A DNA stretch of 64,000 bases from the NCBI GenBank assembly GCA_042563375.1, contig JBHPMF010000001.1, positions 11,007 through 75,006 on the forward strand, in the 5' to 3' direction. Under the pieces are notes generated by a model. The model was not told the origin of the DNA. It was given only the letters and a program-made list of their open reading frames with translations, and ran no database searches. Within the stretch, counting starts at the first letter, position 1, and each line of letters starts with the position of its first letter. Shown in pieces: positions 9,891-19,670 of this stretch. The DNA is from Elusimicrobiota bacterium (lineage in GTDB: Bacteria > Elusimicrobiota > Elusimicrobia > JACQPE01). The position numbers and the translations under genes were made by a program.

Positions 9891-11198
9891 CTTCAAGATC
9901 GTTTCCGCGGCTTGTTTCCCCTCAAGCAGGGCTTCTTCCATAAAGGAATATTTCCAGGCGCCGTACCTGCCTATGGAAAGAATATTATTCGCTTTCAGGT
10001 AGTTCATGACTTTGGGCATGATGAGCTGTCTGGTTTTTGTAAATATCACGTAGCCCGGATCGATCCCACACCACTCTTTGGCGAGAATCCTGTCTGAGGA
10101 CTTAAGAAGTCCGATTGATTCGAGTTTTCTTATTGCGGCACGTTCGTTTTTGTTGAAATCAAAGCGACTTGGACTTCTTGTCGCAAATTCAATGTAGAAC
10201 GAGGTCGCGTTTGTTGGGGCGACTTTTGGGGTGAAATTGCTGGCGACTCCAACGCGATAAAAAGGAAATTTGGGCTCAGGAAAATAAATCCAGTGTTTAT
10301 CGGTTATGTTCCCCCTGTTCACGCCGAGGTTCAGGTTAAAAACAGCGGCATATGGCAAGGTGGACGCGCGCTTAAACCAGGATGGAGTTCTTGAGGTAAA
10401 GCGCTTGGCAAAGAACGGCAGGGGGCTCGTGTTTATCAGCCAGTCGTACTTAAAGCTTGCGTATGGCGTGTGCACTGTGCGCTTTTTCGCATCTATCTCA
10501 AGCGCCTCGTGCCCCGGATAAATCTCAGATTTTTTTAATCTGCCGGCAATCGCGTTTGGCAGAGACTGGATGCCTCCGACTCGCGGATAATAAAATAATG
10601 CGTTATAACCCAGAGGCTTATCCTGGTTTTTTATAGCCCCATAAAGCACTTCTTCCCGAGTCGGGACAGGCACAAAACCTTTTACCCATTCCGCGGTCAT
10701 TTGATTCAGGTCGCAGCAGAAAAGTTTCCTGTTATACGGGTTCATGAAATATTTTGATATTCCCTTTCCGAACACCTCAACGCACCATTTGGCAAAGCTG
10801 GAGTTCGAAGAAGGCTCTTTGAATTTGTCGCGCGCTTTAAGAAAATGAGCCACGCATTGGGCGGCTGTTTTGCCGGGCAGTTCCGAGAGATTAGCCTGGA
10901 ATGGATATTTGCTGAACTTTTTTTGATTGAATATGAAACTTTTGCGCTTATGCCGGCAAAGGTTGTTTTTCAAAAGACCGTTTAATATCCATTTTGTGGT
11001 ATATGGGTTATGCAGATGCAGGAGATGTCCGGAAATGTCAAATGTAAATCCATTATGCAAACTTGAGCTGGCCAATCCGCCAAGGCGCTCGTTTCTTTCA
11101 AGAATAGAGATCTCAACGGGTTTATTTCCGGAAAATTTCTCAATATGGAATGCGCTAGATAGGCCTGCAAGGCCTCCGCCGATAATCACGACCTTCAT
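9870..11198 (-). CDS. FAD-dependent oxidoreductase (amine oxidase / protoporphyrinogen oxidase-like fold)
   Basis: N-terminal GxGxxG dinucleotide-binding motif (VVIIGGGLAGLSSA). Exact function not assignable. Confidence 0.7.
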   Translation of the reverse strand: MKVVIIGGGLAGLSSAFHIEKFSGNKPVEISILERNERLGGLASSSLHNGFTFDISGHLLHLHNPYTTKWILNGLLKNNLCRHKRKSFIFNQKKFSKYPFQANLSELPGKTAAQCVAHFLKARDKFKEPSSNSSFAKWCVEVFGKGISKYFMNPYNRKLFCCDLNQMTAEWVKGFVPVPTREEVLYGAIKNQDKPLGYNALFYYPRVGGIQSLPNAIAGRLKKSEIYPGHEALEIDAKKRTVHTPYASFKYDWLINTSPLPFFAKRFTSRTPSWFKRASTLPYAAVFNLNLGVNRGNITDKHWIYFPEPKFPFYRVGVASNFTPKVAPTNATSFYIEFATRSPSRFDFNKNERAAIRKLESIGLLKSSDRILAKEWCGIDPGYVIFTKTRQLIMPKVMNYLKANNILSIGRYGAWKYSFMEEALLEGKQAAETILKNARRKT

Positions 11199-11339
11199 AA
11201 TTTCTCAAAATAAACGAAATTAAATTTCATTTGTACCATTCATATTCTCATTCGTACACCATTCGCGTTGAGGCTCAATTGAATCAGCGCGAATTAATAC
11301 GAATTATATACGAATACGTACAAATAAAACAGGAAAGTT

Positions 11340-12015
11340 ATTTATCTAACGAGGACGTATGGACTTTGCTCAGAATGGTTCCTTTTTGATGCGGTGAGCA
11401 CTTCGACTTCGCTCAGTACGTTGCACGCTCTATCGAGCCATAGGGGATGTGTTAGTGGACTTGGATCCCGGATATTTACCACATTGCACTTTATATTAAT
11501 CCCGGATTTTGCATTAGCCGTCAAATCGGGAATACAAAGACGGGACTATCTTTTCCGTTTTCTAATGCAACGCAATTAGAAAACACGACTAAAATACACT
11601 GATTGCCAACGGATTTCATTCTTTAATTTTTCAACCTAGAATCCTTCAGTTCACCTGCTATTACCGTCGGGAATGGCGGAACTTTCCTATTGCCCCCTCA
11701 CCCTGCCCTCTCCCTCAAGGGAGAGGGGAAAGAGAAAGTCAGCTGAGAATTCCGGGTTTAAGGAAGAATCCTAATGCAAAATCCGGGTTAATAGCGGATA
11801 TGTGTTAAATTCTGGGATGAATTAAACGCATCTCCGGCCCTTCGACTTTGCTCAGGGTGGTTCCTTCTCGATGTGGTGAGCGGAGTCGAACCATAGGGGA
11901 TGCATCAGCGGATTTGGATCCCAGACATTTACCACATTGCACTTTATATTAATAGCGGATATGTGTTAAATTCTGGGATGAATTAAACGCATCTCCGGTA
12001 GGGGATGCGTTTAAT
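11340..12015. repeat. Tail of the ~800-bp ORF-free intergenic region (11199-12015). It carries a duplicated ~115-bp segment (11355-11500 and 11838-11951), direct 47-bp repeats (11792-11838 and 11951-11998) and a stop-embedded hairpin (11978-12020).
   Basis: Self-similarity read directly. No protein-coding frame of 60 aa or more. Confidence 0.5.
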
Positions 12016-13077
12016 TCATTTTACGCTTTTTAGCTTTGATAAGTATTTGGCAAAAAGCACAAGTTCCGCGATCACGGCCGCATAGATCAGGATCACGATC
12101 ACCTCATTGGAGATCAGCGTGACTATCCAGGAAAGGATTGAAAGCACTATGGCGACTGACGCCATGGCGAAAAGTATTTTTCTGGGCGTGAAGCCGTACG
12201 TTTGAAGGCGATGAGCCACATGGTCCTTGCTTCCCTTTACGGGCGACTTTCCTTGCCGCAGACGGATATAGATCAGGAAGAATGTCTCAAAGATCGGGAT
12301 TGCCAGTATAAAAAGAGGAGCAAACACAGCATAGGGGTTATTACTGGTGTAAGAACAGCCAAGGCTCATTGTGGCCAGAAGATAACCCAGGACAAGCGAT
12401 CCTCCGTCGCCCATGAATATCTTGAATTTGTTCGTCAGGTTGTACGGCAAGAATCCAAGCGAGCCTCCGATCGCAGCGGAAGCCAGGATGTTGACGTATA
12501 TGGCTTCTGAGGGAAAGCCTATGGCAAGGAAAGCCAAAGACGCGATCGCTATCTGTGTTCCCGCGATGCCGTCAATAACGTCGATCAGGTTTATGGCATT
12601 TGTGATCCCGATGATCCATATGAATGACACGAGCATGGCAAAATATTCAGGGCTTACAAAATGGATCCTGACATTAGCCCAAACAAGGATCCCTGCCGCT
12701 ATGCTTTGAATAATGAATTTCCAGGCAATAGGCACTCCGCCTTTTTTTATGTCATCAATGAATCCCAGGCAGAATACTATCATCGCCCCGATCAATATGA
12801 ATCTGAAATTGTGTATGGTTCCCGTGGGGTAGTGTGTGAATAAGCGCACTATGACAAGGGTAATGATGATCGACATGAATATGGCTGTGCCGCCGAGTCT
12901 GGGTATAGGTCTTTTGTGCGATTTCAGCCTTGGGTCAGGCAGGTCAAAGAGGTTAAAACGCTGCGCGATCCGGCTTATCAAAGGGGTCAGGGTGGCTGAA
13001 AGCACGAATGCCAGCAGCATCAATACGATATAAGTCACTGCGCCGCCGCTTGGCTGGGACCAATCGTATGTGTTCAT
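12016..13077 (-). CDS. Polyprenyl-phosphate N-acetylhexosamine-1-phosphate transferase (WecA/MraY-like GT4 initiating transferase)
   Basis: About 10 TM helices with MraY/WecA-family motifs (DDIKKGG, NxxNxxDGIDGL-like NLIDVIDGIAG). Confidence 0.8.
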   Translation of the reverse strand: MNTYDWSQPSGGAVTYIVLMLLAFVLSATLTPLISRIAQRFNLFDLPDPRLKSHKRPIPRLGGTAIFMSIIITLVIVRLFTHYPTGTIHNFRFILIGAMIVFCLGFIDDIKKGGVPIAWKFIIQSIAAGILVWANVRIHFVSPEYFAMLVSFIWIIGITNAINLIDVIDGIAGTQIAIASLAFLAIGFPSEAIYVNILASAAIGGSLGFLPYNLTNKFKIFMGDGGSLVLGYLLATMSLGCSYTSNNPYAVFAPLFILAIPIFETFFLIYIRLRQGKSPVKGSKDHVAHRLQTYGFTPRKILFAMASVAIVLSILSWIVTLISNEVIVILIYAAVIAELVLFAKYLSKLKSVK

Positions 13078-13081
13078 AATA

Positions 13082-15196
13082 CTATTGCTCTATTATGTTA
13101 AAAACAAAATTTTGCGGGAGCATGGTTGTTGCTTTGGCTGTAATCCGTATAGTTTTGGTTGTTACGCCGAATTCCGGTGAATAAAAGAATTCTCCTTTCT
13201 CAAGAGGGATCTGCGAGACGATCGCGAATACGCGGCCTGACGGCATGGAGATCGCGGCCCTGTCTGCCTTGAGATCGACAAGGCTTGCTTGCGGGTGCAG
13301 TATAAAATTCCATACGCAGATTATTTCCTCATGATGAGAGCTTGGGGTAAGCAGCTCATCCGTGATCCCAAGCTCGCATTTGTCCCCGTTTTTTAGAAGC
13401 AGGCTTCTCTTGTGGGTTATCGGCGGCTTAAGTTTCCCGTATCCGTTATGCTCGCCGCTAAAGCTGCATTGCCGCGTCTTGGGATCATATTCGCAGCGAA
13501 GCAGAGGGATTTTTGTCACGTCCTCTTTTAAGCAGAATGGCCCGAGATCCATCCGGTTTTGCTCCTCGTTGTTTAAAATAAGTGTTGTGTGCGAGGATGT
13601 GCTGCGCATCTGATTCCTGAGGGACCTGTTCCTTAAATAGCATCCGGTGCCGGGGTCGACGAATAGGTCCTCTCCGTATGGAGAAAATTCAATGGCCAGT
13701 TTGTCATTATGGCTGTGTCCCCCGTTTCCAGCCTGGCCGTTGGGAATAGTACAGAACGCCAGAAAATGTTTCTTTGCCGGATCATGAAAAGTATGTATCC
13801 CTCCATTAGGCAAAGAAACAATCACCGGTTTTCGCTCCATCGCTCCATCGCTCTGCCGCTCCTTCATATTTTTGTCCGCTTGTGCCGGTCCCAGGAGCCA
13901 TAATGATTCCGGGGCGGGATCGTGGCAGTATATGGGCGGCTTTAGATCCTTGAACACGCAGGACCCGATGTGGGCCAGATAGGAATGATCCAGGAGCGGG
14001 CGTCCGGGGTTGAGCGCCAGGAATCGCCCTGAATCATTATCTCCGAACTGCGCCGCATGCCCGTTGCCTTTTGTGAAAGCGTATGTCGCTTCCACCATTT
14101 TTTTGAGTTTATCCTTATATTGGGCGCGCACAGAATCCTTGTCTGTTATGAGATAGCTGAATAAAAAGAATTCTGTTACAAGGCGGTGATAGCTTGTTGA
14201 AGCCTCAAAATCCATTCCATCAGCGTATACCTGGAAATCCATCTGCTTATTGAATTCATCCTGAGAAAGCTCAGTCCAGTATCTGCTTGCCCGAAAATGA
14301 GGATACATGCGCCCTGCGAAGGAAAGACCCGCAAGATTCGCCAGGAAATGGTTCGAAGTCCATTCAAAGTTCTTCACAATATGCATGGCGTGGTTAAAGA
14401 CCAGGGACGGCAAGATCCTTTTAAGGTGCTTGAGTTCTTCCGGATGATGCGCAAGCTTATTTTCAATGAGGCCGAGGGCGAACAGGATATTGGCTATTCT
14501 TATGCCTACATCCATTGTGCAGGCCCAGTTGACTCCTTTTGCCGGAGGATTATGTTCGTACCAGTCTGATATCTGGGTGAATATCTCCTTGCAGTATTTC
14601 GCGTCTTCTGTGATCAGGTAGGCCTGAGCCAATGTGACTAAATGGTGAAATCTGGATAGCTCCCAAGGGACTTTCACATCTCTGCCGTCATCCTGAGCGT
14701 AGTCGATGTTGAGATACAGGGCTTTTGGGTCAAAAAGGCGGCCGCTGATAAAGTCATAATGCCAAGGCAGATAGGTCGGGGCAATGCCATGTTTTTTCGC
14801 GAGTTCTATGGAAAGGGCTTTAAGGTTTCTGGGTTTCTCCTCGAGGACCCGGTGATTACCCGCTAGATATTGGTCAGCGGCAGCAGTAACAGCTTGGACA
14901 TGTTTTGGGTGATCCGCCTTGAGGATCGACACAAGGGATTGCAGCTTGTGAGCCGGGCAGAACGGGAAATTAATGCCGAGCTCAAAATGTCCGATCTGCC
15001 CAAGACTCTCAAGCGCCGCGAACTTTATCCGTTTGTCGCTGACCCATGTGTTCCTGTGCCATGATATCCAAACATTCAGGAAGATGCGACGAATAAGATC
15101 CTTGATTTTAATAAGGATCTTGAGCATCACGATCCTGGGCGGATTTTGCAATGCTCGTTTGAATCTGGACAGCAAGATCGGGTGTTTCTGTATCAA
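13082..15196 (-). CDS. Heparinase II/III-like family protein (alginate-lyase-fold polysaccharide-modifying enzyme)
   Basis: Length and aromatic-rich central region typical of heparinase II/III-like proteins found in surface glycan loci. Assignment is by family resemblance only. Confidence 0.6.
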   Translation of the reverse strand: MIQKHPILLSRFKRALQNPPRIVMLKILIKIKDLIRRIFLNVWISWHRNTWVSDKRIKFAALESLGQIGHFELGINFPFCPAHKLQSLVSILKADHPKHVQAVTAAADQYLAGNHRVLEEKPRNLKALSIELAKKHGIAPTYLPWHYDFISGRLFDPKALYLNIDYAQDDGRDVKVPWELSRFHHLVTLAQAYLITEDAKYCKEIFTQISDWYEHNPPAKGVNWACTMDVGIRIANILFALGLIENKLAHHPEELKHLKRILPSLVFNHAMHIVKNFEWTSNHFLANLAGLSFAGRMYPHFRASRYWTELSQDEFNKQMDFQVYADGMDFEASTSYHRLVTEFFLFSYLITDKDSVRAQYKDKLKKMVEATYAFTKGNGHAAQFGDNDSGRFLALNPGRPLLDHSYLAHIGSCVFKDLKPPIYCHDPAPESLWLLGPAQADKNMKERQSDGAMERKPVIVSLPNGGIHTFHDPAKKHFLAFCTIPNGQAGNGGHSHNDKLAIEFSPYGEDLFVDPGTGCYLRNRSLRNQMRSTSSHTTLILNNEEQNRMDLGPFCLKEDVTKIPLLRCEYDPKTRQCSFSGEHNGYGKLKPPITHKRSLLLKNGDKCELGITDELLTPSSHHEEIICVWNFILHPQASLVDLKADRAAISMPSGRVFAIVSQIPLEKGEFFYSPEFGVTTKTIRITAKATTMLPQNFVFNIIEQ

Positions 15197-17409
15197 TGGG
15201 AATTTATGTTCTCTGTTCCCCTGAGAGTTTCTTCCAGGGAAAATGTCGCTAAAGTTGATTTCAATGCTTCTTCGAATGGCAGCGGGGCATCTGCTGTTTT
15301 ACCCTCAAGATATCGAAAGCAGGCATCCCAGGCCCGGGAGAATCCTTTATCCGGCGCTGAAAGGTTTTTCACTTTTTTCCTGCCCTTTTGATCCGCGATC
15401 TCCAGGCGTTTAAAATCCGTGAGCACCATCGTGTATCCCCCGGCCATCACTTCGATGCGTTCTTTGGAGAATTCCTTTGAACCGCAGCTCGCATAGGTAA
15501 GATTCGCGCTCGTGCCTTCGGGATACCTCAGGATCGCGGAGAAATTCTCGCAATTCTTCGAATCGATCATTTGCGCCTTGATGGCGGCCGGAGTAATGCT
15601 TTTTGCTGCATCTGCGCTTGCCAGGAAGTCCAGCAGATCAACCATATGGCAGGCTTCTCCCAAAACCCTTCCCCCTCCTTCTTCGCCTATGGCCCAGTGG
15701 TCAGCCGGGAGATTCTCTGTTGCCACGCGATAATCTATGAACCAGGGTTTTGGCAGGGACTTAAGTCTGGTTTTGAGGTCATGCACAAGAGATGAGAACC
15801 TTCTGTTAAAACCAAGATGGAAGAATATTGAGGTCTGTTTTATTGCCTGTTCAAGATATTCGATCTCATGCATATTCAGAGCCATGGGCTTTTCCAAAAA
15901 TATATTTTTGCCTGCGTTTATGCAATCGCGCGCGATTGCTGCATGAAGGTTGTGCCTTGTTCCTATTAAAACCAGGTTGATATCAGGATTATCCAGGATG
16001 TCCTTATAATTGCTTGTCGCGATCGGCGCATTATATTGCTTTGCTATAAAAGACGCTTTTTCAGGATGCTTGTTGCAAATCGCAGTGATGTTCACTTTTT
16101 CCGTGAATTTGGCAAGTATAGGCAGATGAACGCTTGTCATAAAGTTGCCCGCGCCGATAATACCGATATTGAGAGGCAGTGTTGTTGGGAATGACTTTAT
16201 TGTCTCCTTCTTCTTTTGGCTGTCTCCTGTCTCCTGTTCCCTGTCTCCTGATTTAGGATAGGTGAGCACGGTTAGTATTGGTTTTGGGCCATTTTTGTCT
16301 GTTATCGCGCTGTAAGCCTGCTGTGCGTCATCTACCTTATATGCTGCGTTAAGCAGCGGAGCCAATGTGATTTTTTTATTGGCTATAAGATCCAGATAAC
16401 ACGACATGTTCCTTGACGCGCTCCATCTCACAAAAGAATACGGATAATCCCTGCCTTTAGTCTCATATTCAAGGTCATAGCGGCCCGGACCGTAAGATGT
16501 GGCGATTTTCAGTTCAAGGTCCTTTTTATAGAATATTTCGCGCGCGACATTTATTCCCACATCTCCGACTATGATGACCCTTCCTCTTGGGCGGGCGATT
16601 TTCGCGGCAAGCTCAAGGGGTTTCGGGTTTCCCGGGCTGTGAGCGCAGATGATCACCCCGTCAACTCCAAATTTGTTGGTGGCATGAAGGATCCTTGATT
16701 CAAAATCAGGCTCATCCAAGACCAGGCCATGCTCTATCCAGCCATTGGACCTGGCAAGCTCCAGTCTGCTTGCGTCAGCTTCAATTCCTATAGTGCGGGT
16801 TCCGGATTGGGTCAGCATTTGAGCAGTGAGCTGGCCGATGAGTCCAAGCCCGATGACCGCTACATTATCCCCTAATTGCGGTTTAAGGCGTCTGACTCCT
16901 TGAAGAGCGATAGCGCCTATGGATACAGTCGATGCTTCTTCAAAACTTATGTTATCAGGCATCTTAACCGTAAGCATCGAAGAGGCAATGTTTTTTTCAG
17001 CGTGACTCGCGAAGTTCCCTCCTGCGCAAGCTACCCTGTCTCCCGGGGATAGATAGCTGACGTTGGGCCCGATCTGCGTGACTATACCGCTTGCTGAATA
17101 TCCAGGAGCAAAGCCTTGCGCGGTCCGTTCCTTGACTTTTGCCAGGAATGCGCTGAATCCGCGCTCTTTGGCGAATCGAAAAGCTTTACCTGCAAGCTCA
17201 AGGTTTTTCCTCCAGTTCGTGGGGCTTGATACGACTGAAGCTGTTTCTGTGCCTGCTGAGATGGTTGTGGCATAAACATCAACGCTTAGCTCATGGTCAC
17301 CCGGGAGTCCTGTGTCAGGGACGTTTTCCAGAGTGATTTTCCCGGCTTTTAGGAGGACTTTTTTCATTTCACCACTACCTATACCAGGATGGAGCGCGTT
17401 CTGCCGCAA
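15193..17409 (-). CDS. Bi-domain oxidoreductase: N-terminal zinc-type alcohol dehydrogenase (MDR) fused to C-terminal Gfo/Idh/MocA NAD(P)-dependent oxidoreductase. The true start is probably MKKVLL near 17367.
   Basis: N-terminal GGNFASHAE and Rossmann GLGLIGQ motifs. C-terminal IGIIGAGNF plus the EKP motif of the Gfo/Idh/MocA family. The interdomain linker is encoded by (tgtctcc)n repeats. Confidence 0.8.
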   Translation of the reverse strand: MRQNALHPGIGSGEMKKVLLKAGKITLENVPDTGLPGDHELSVDVYATTISAGTETASVVSSPTNWRKNLELAGKAFRFAKERGFSAFLAKVKERTAQGFAPGYSASGIVTQIGPNVSYLSPGDRVACAGGNFASHAEKNIASSMLTVKMPDNISFEEASTVSIGAIALQGVRRLKPQLGDNVAVIGLGLIGQLTAQMLTQSGTRTIGIEADASRLELARSNGWIEHGLVLDEPDFESRILHATNKFGVDGVIICAHSPGNPKPLELAAKIARPRGRVIIVGDVGINVAREIFYKKDLELKIATSYGPGRYDLEYETKGRDYPYSFVRWSASRNMSCYLDLIANKKITLAPLLNAAYKVDDAQQAYSAITDKNGPKPILTVLTYPKSGDREQETGDSQKKKETIKSFPTTLPLNIGIIGAGNFMTSVHLPILAKFTEKVNITAICNKHPEKASFIAKQYNAPIATSNYKDILDNPDINLVLIGTRHNLHAAIARDCINAGKNIFLEKPMALNMHEIEYLEQAIKQTSIFFHLGFNRRFSSLVHDLKTRLKSLPKPWFIDYRVATENLPADHWAIGEEGGGRVLGEACHMVDLLDFLASADAAKSITPAAIKAQMIDSKNCENFSAILRYPEGTSANLTYASCGSKEFSKERIEVMAGGYTMVLTDFKRLEIADQKGRKKVKNLSAPDKGFSRAWDACFRYLEGKTADAPLPFEEALKSTLATFSLEETLRGTENINSH
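16219..16250. repeat. Tandem heptamer (tgtctcc) x4 inside the coding sequence. It encodes the Q-E-T-G-D linker between the two oxidoreductase domains.
   Basis: ctgtctcctgtctcctgttccctgtctcctg, read directly. Confidence 0.8.
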
Positions 17410-18640
17410 ACAGCCCTACAGTGTCAATATCGTGGTATTGAGTTCTTTCTATGGCGCTCTTTATTTGTGGTTTTGCGTCAATAAATTCCTTATGCGCGAC
17501 CAGGATCAGGATAATATGAGCTTTTTCCAGGGCTTCTCTTAAAGGATAGGTCCTGATTGTTTTTAATTTATGCCCGTATGGGTCCACCGGAAAAACATTA
17601 AGGTCTTTTCTTTTCAGGAGTTTTTTCACAATATTTAATGCCGGGCTTTCCCTGAAATCATCAGTATTTGCCTTATACGCAAGTCCCAGGCATGCTATAT
17701 TTATCTTTGTAATAGACATAGCGGATTTCATCTTGTTTAACCGTGCGATTACCTTGTCAGGTTTAGCGTCATTTGTTTGCCGTGCGCATCTGATGAGTTT
17801 TGATTCGTTTGGGCAGTCCTGAGCAAGGAACCATGGATCAACCGCTATACAGTGGCCTCCAACACCGGGTCCGGGTTGCAAGATATTGACTCTTGGGTGG
17901 TAATTAGCGAGTTTTATGACTTCGCGGGTGTTTACCGCGAGCTTATTGCAAATCCCGTCAAGCTCATTGGCGAATGCGATATTAATATCGCGGAAAGTAT
18001 TTTCCGAGAGCTTTGCCATTTCAGCCACTGTGGCGCTTGTCAGGAATATTTTCCCTGATACAAATTTTGAATAAACAGCCTGAGCATGCTTAGCGCTGCT
18101 TTCGTTCATGCCGCCGATTATGCGGTCATTGGCGATGAGTTCATCCATAATATTACCGGGCAGGACTCTTTCCGGGCAATGCGCAAGATGTATCTGCGAC
18201 GGTATGCTGTATCCGCTTTTACGCAGGATAGATGCTACTTTGTATTCGGTTGTTCCCGGAGGAATAGTGGATTCAAGTATTACGAGATTACCCGGTTTTA
18301 TCAGATGCACGATGGATCTCGCGGCTTTGTTGACGAAGTTCAAGTCAGCTTTTTTGGATGATGGTATCAGCGGTGTTGGAACACAGATGATGAACACATC
18401 CGCTGCTTTGGGCTTGCTTGTGATTTTCAGGTTTCCGGATTTGATCGCAGCTCCGACAAGAGTCTGCAGGCCTGGCTCCTCGATCTGAGGAACCCCGCGT
18501 TGGATATTCGCGCGGGCATCGCGTTTTATCTCGACCCCTGTTACTTTAAATCCATGTGTGGCAAGGATGCTGGCTGTGGGTAATCCTATATAGCCGAGCC
18601 CGATCACGCATATTGTCTCTTGCTTGAATTTATGGTTCAT
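17375..18640 (-). CDS. UDP-N-acetyl-D-glucosamine / mannosamine dehydrogenase (nucleotide-sugar dehydrogenase, WecC/WbpA-like)
   Basis: ICVIGLGYIGLPTA N-terminal Rossmann motif and the catalytic Cys region (GGHCI) of UDP-glucose/GDP-mannose dehydrogenase family enzymes. Confidence 0.85.
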   Translation of the reverse strand: MNHKFKQETICVIGLGYIGLPTASILATHGFKVTGVEIKRDARANIQRGVPQIEEPGLQTLVGAAIKSGNLKITSKPKAADVFIICVPTPLIPSSKKADLNFVNKAARSIVHLIKPGNLVILESTIPPGTTEYKVASILRKSGYSIPSQIHLAHCPERVLPGNIMDELIANDRIIGGMNESSAKHAQAVYSKFVSGKIFLTSATVAEMAKLSENTFRDINIAFANELDGICNKLAVNTREVIKLANYHPRVNILQPGPGVGGHCIAVDPWFLAQDCPNESKLIRCARQTNDAKPDKVIARLNKMKSAMSITKINIACLGLAYKANTDDFRESPALNIVKKLLKRKDLNVFPVDPYGHKLKTIRTYPLREALEKAHIILILVAHKEFIDAKPQIKSAIERTQYHDIDTVGLFAAERAPSWYR

Positions 18641-18677
18641 TTAGGATTATTTTAGTTATTTTTACGGCGCCTTTCCG

Positions 18678-19670
18678 CTATATCGGCAGGTGTTTCTTTA
18701 CTTTGTCTGTTTTTTCCTCGATCTTGCTCAAGTTTATACCCTCATTGAGCACAACAAATATCGTGATAGAGGAAAGCATCACATAATACATTGCATGGTA
18801 CGTGACAACAAATGCCAGGGATGGTCCCGGAGGTCTGCCCAGGATATCCATTGCCCATGCTCCCAGCAGCTCCACAATGCCTATTGAGCCCGGAGAAAGA
18901 GCCGGAAGGCTTGCGATGGCTGTTGTTGTCATCATGAATGCTGAATCCCGCATGGAAAGATGTATGGAGCTCTCAAACCCCCGAGAAACTATAAAAAGGA
19001 AAAAAGCATCAAAGAACCATATTCCCAAAGTGGCTAAAAACGCCATGCCAAGCCTGTTTATGAACACTTTGCGGATCGTTTTGAATTTCTCCGTACTTTC
19101 CCGTATCTTTTCCTTTGCGAATTTTCTGGCTCGCTTATTGTAAAGGATGATCCCTGATATTAAGGCCAGAACCATCAATACAATGAGAATGCCTATGCTG
19201 ATATTCCCAAAAGATAGGCGTATCTGCGGAGCTCCGAAACGCTTTGTCCAGTAATCAATAAGATCCGGGTTGGCTAACACGAATATGACGATCAAGGTTC
19301 CCAGCATTATCACATCAAGGATCCTTTCACACACTATTGCCAGGCTCGATGTCAGGAGGCTTGTCTTGGTTTTCTTGTGAATGTAGATGATCTTGGCCAC
19401 TTCGCCGGCCCTCAGGGGTATAAAGCAGTTCACACCCAGGCCCAATACAGCTGCTTTGGAGTAATCCAGGATGTTTTTGCCTCCCAGCAGGGTCTTGAGC
19501 CTGACGCCTCGCATCGTGATCTCGAATGAATACACGAGTATCGCAAGCGCGATCCATTTCAGGGAACAGGATTTGAGCGCAGTCAGGATATCCCCTGTTG
19601 GGATGCCCTTGATGGCAAAGTACATAAGAACAGCGCCGAAAGCTATGCCTAAAAATATTTTTAGTTTCAT
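18678..19670 (-). CDS. Polytopic membrane protein of the lysylphosphatidylglycerol-synthase-TM / UPF0104 (flippase-like) family
   Basis: 8-9 predicted TM helices. Adjacent to a dolichyl-phosphate-type GT2, the usual pairing for this family. Confidence 0.55.
   Translation of the reverse strand: MKLKIFLGIAFGAVLMYFAIKGIPTGDILTALKSCSLKWIALAILVYSFEITMRGVRLKTLLGGKNILDYSKAAVLGLGVNCFIPLRAGEVAKIIYIHKKTKTSLLTSSLAIVCERILDVIMLGTLIVIFVLANPDLIDYWTKRFGAPQIRLSFGNISIGILIVLMVLALISGIILYNKRARKFAKEKIRESTEKFKTIRKVFINRLGMAFLATLGIWFFDAFFLFIVSRGFESSIHLSMRDSAFMMTTTAIASLPALSPGSIGIVELLGAWAMDILGRPPGPSLAFVVTYHAMYYVMLSSITIFVVLNEGINLSKIEEKTDKVKKHLPI

Noticed and set aside
11855-11905. tRNA- or tmRNA-like fragment (minus-strand ggttcgactccgctcaccaca resembles a T-arm plus acceptor 3' strand)
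   Set aside because: No complementary acceptor 5' strand, D-arm or anticodon arm can be drawn. No tmRNA 5' motif on the same strand. Likely chance resemblance within the duplicated segment.
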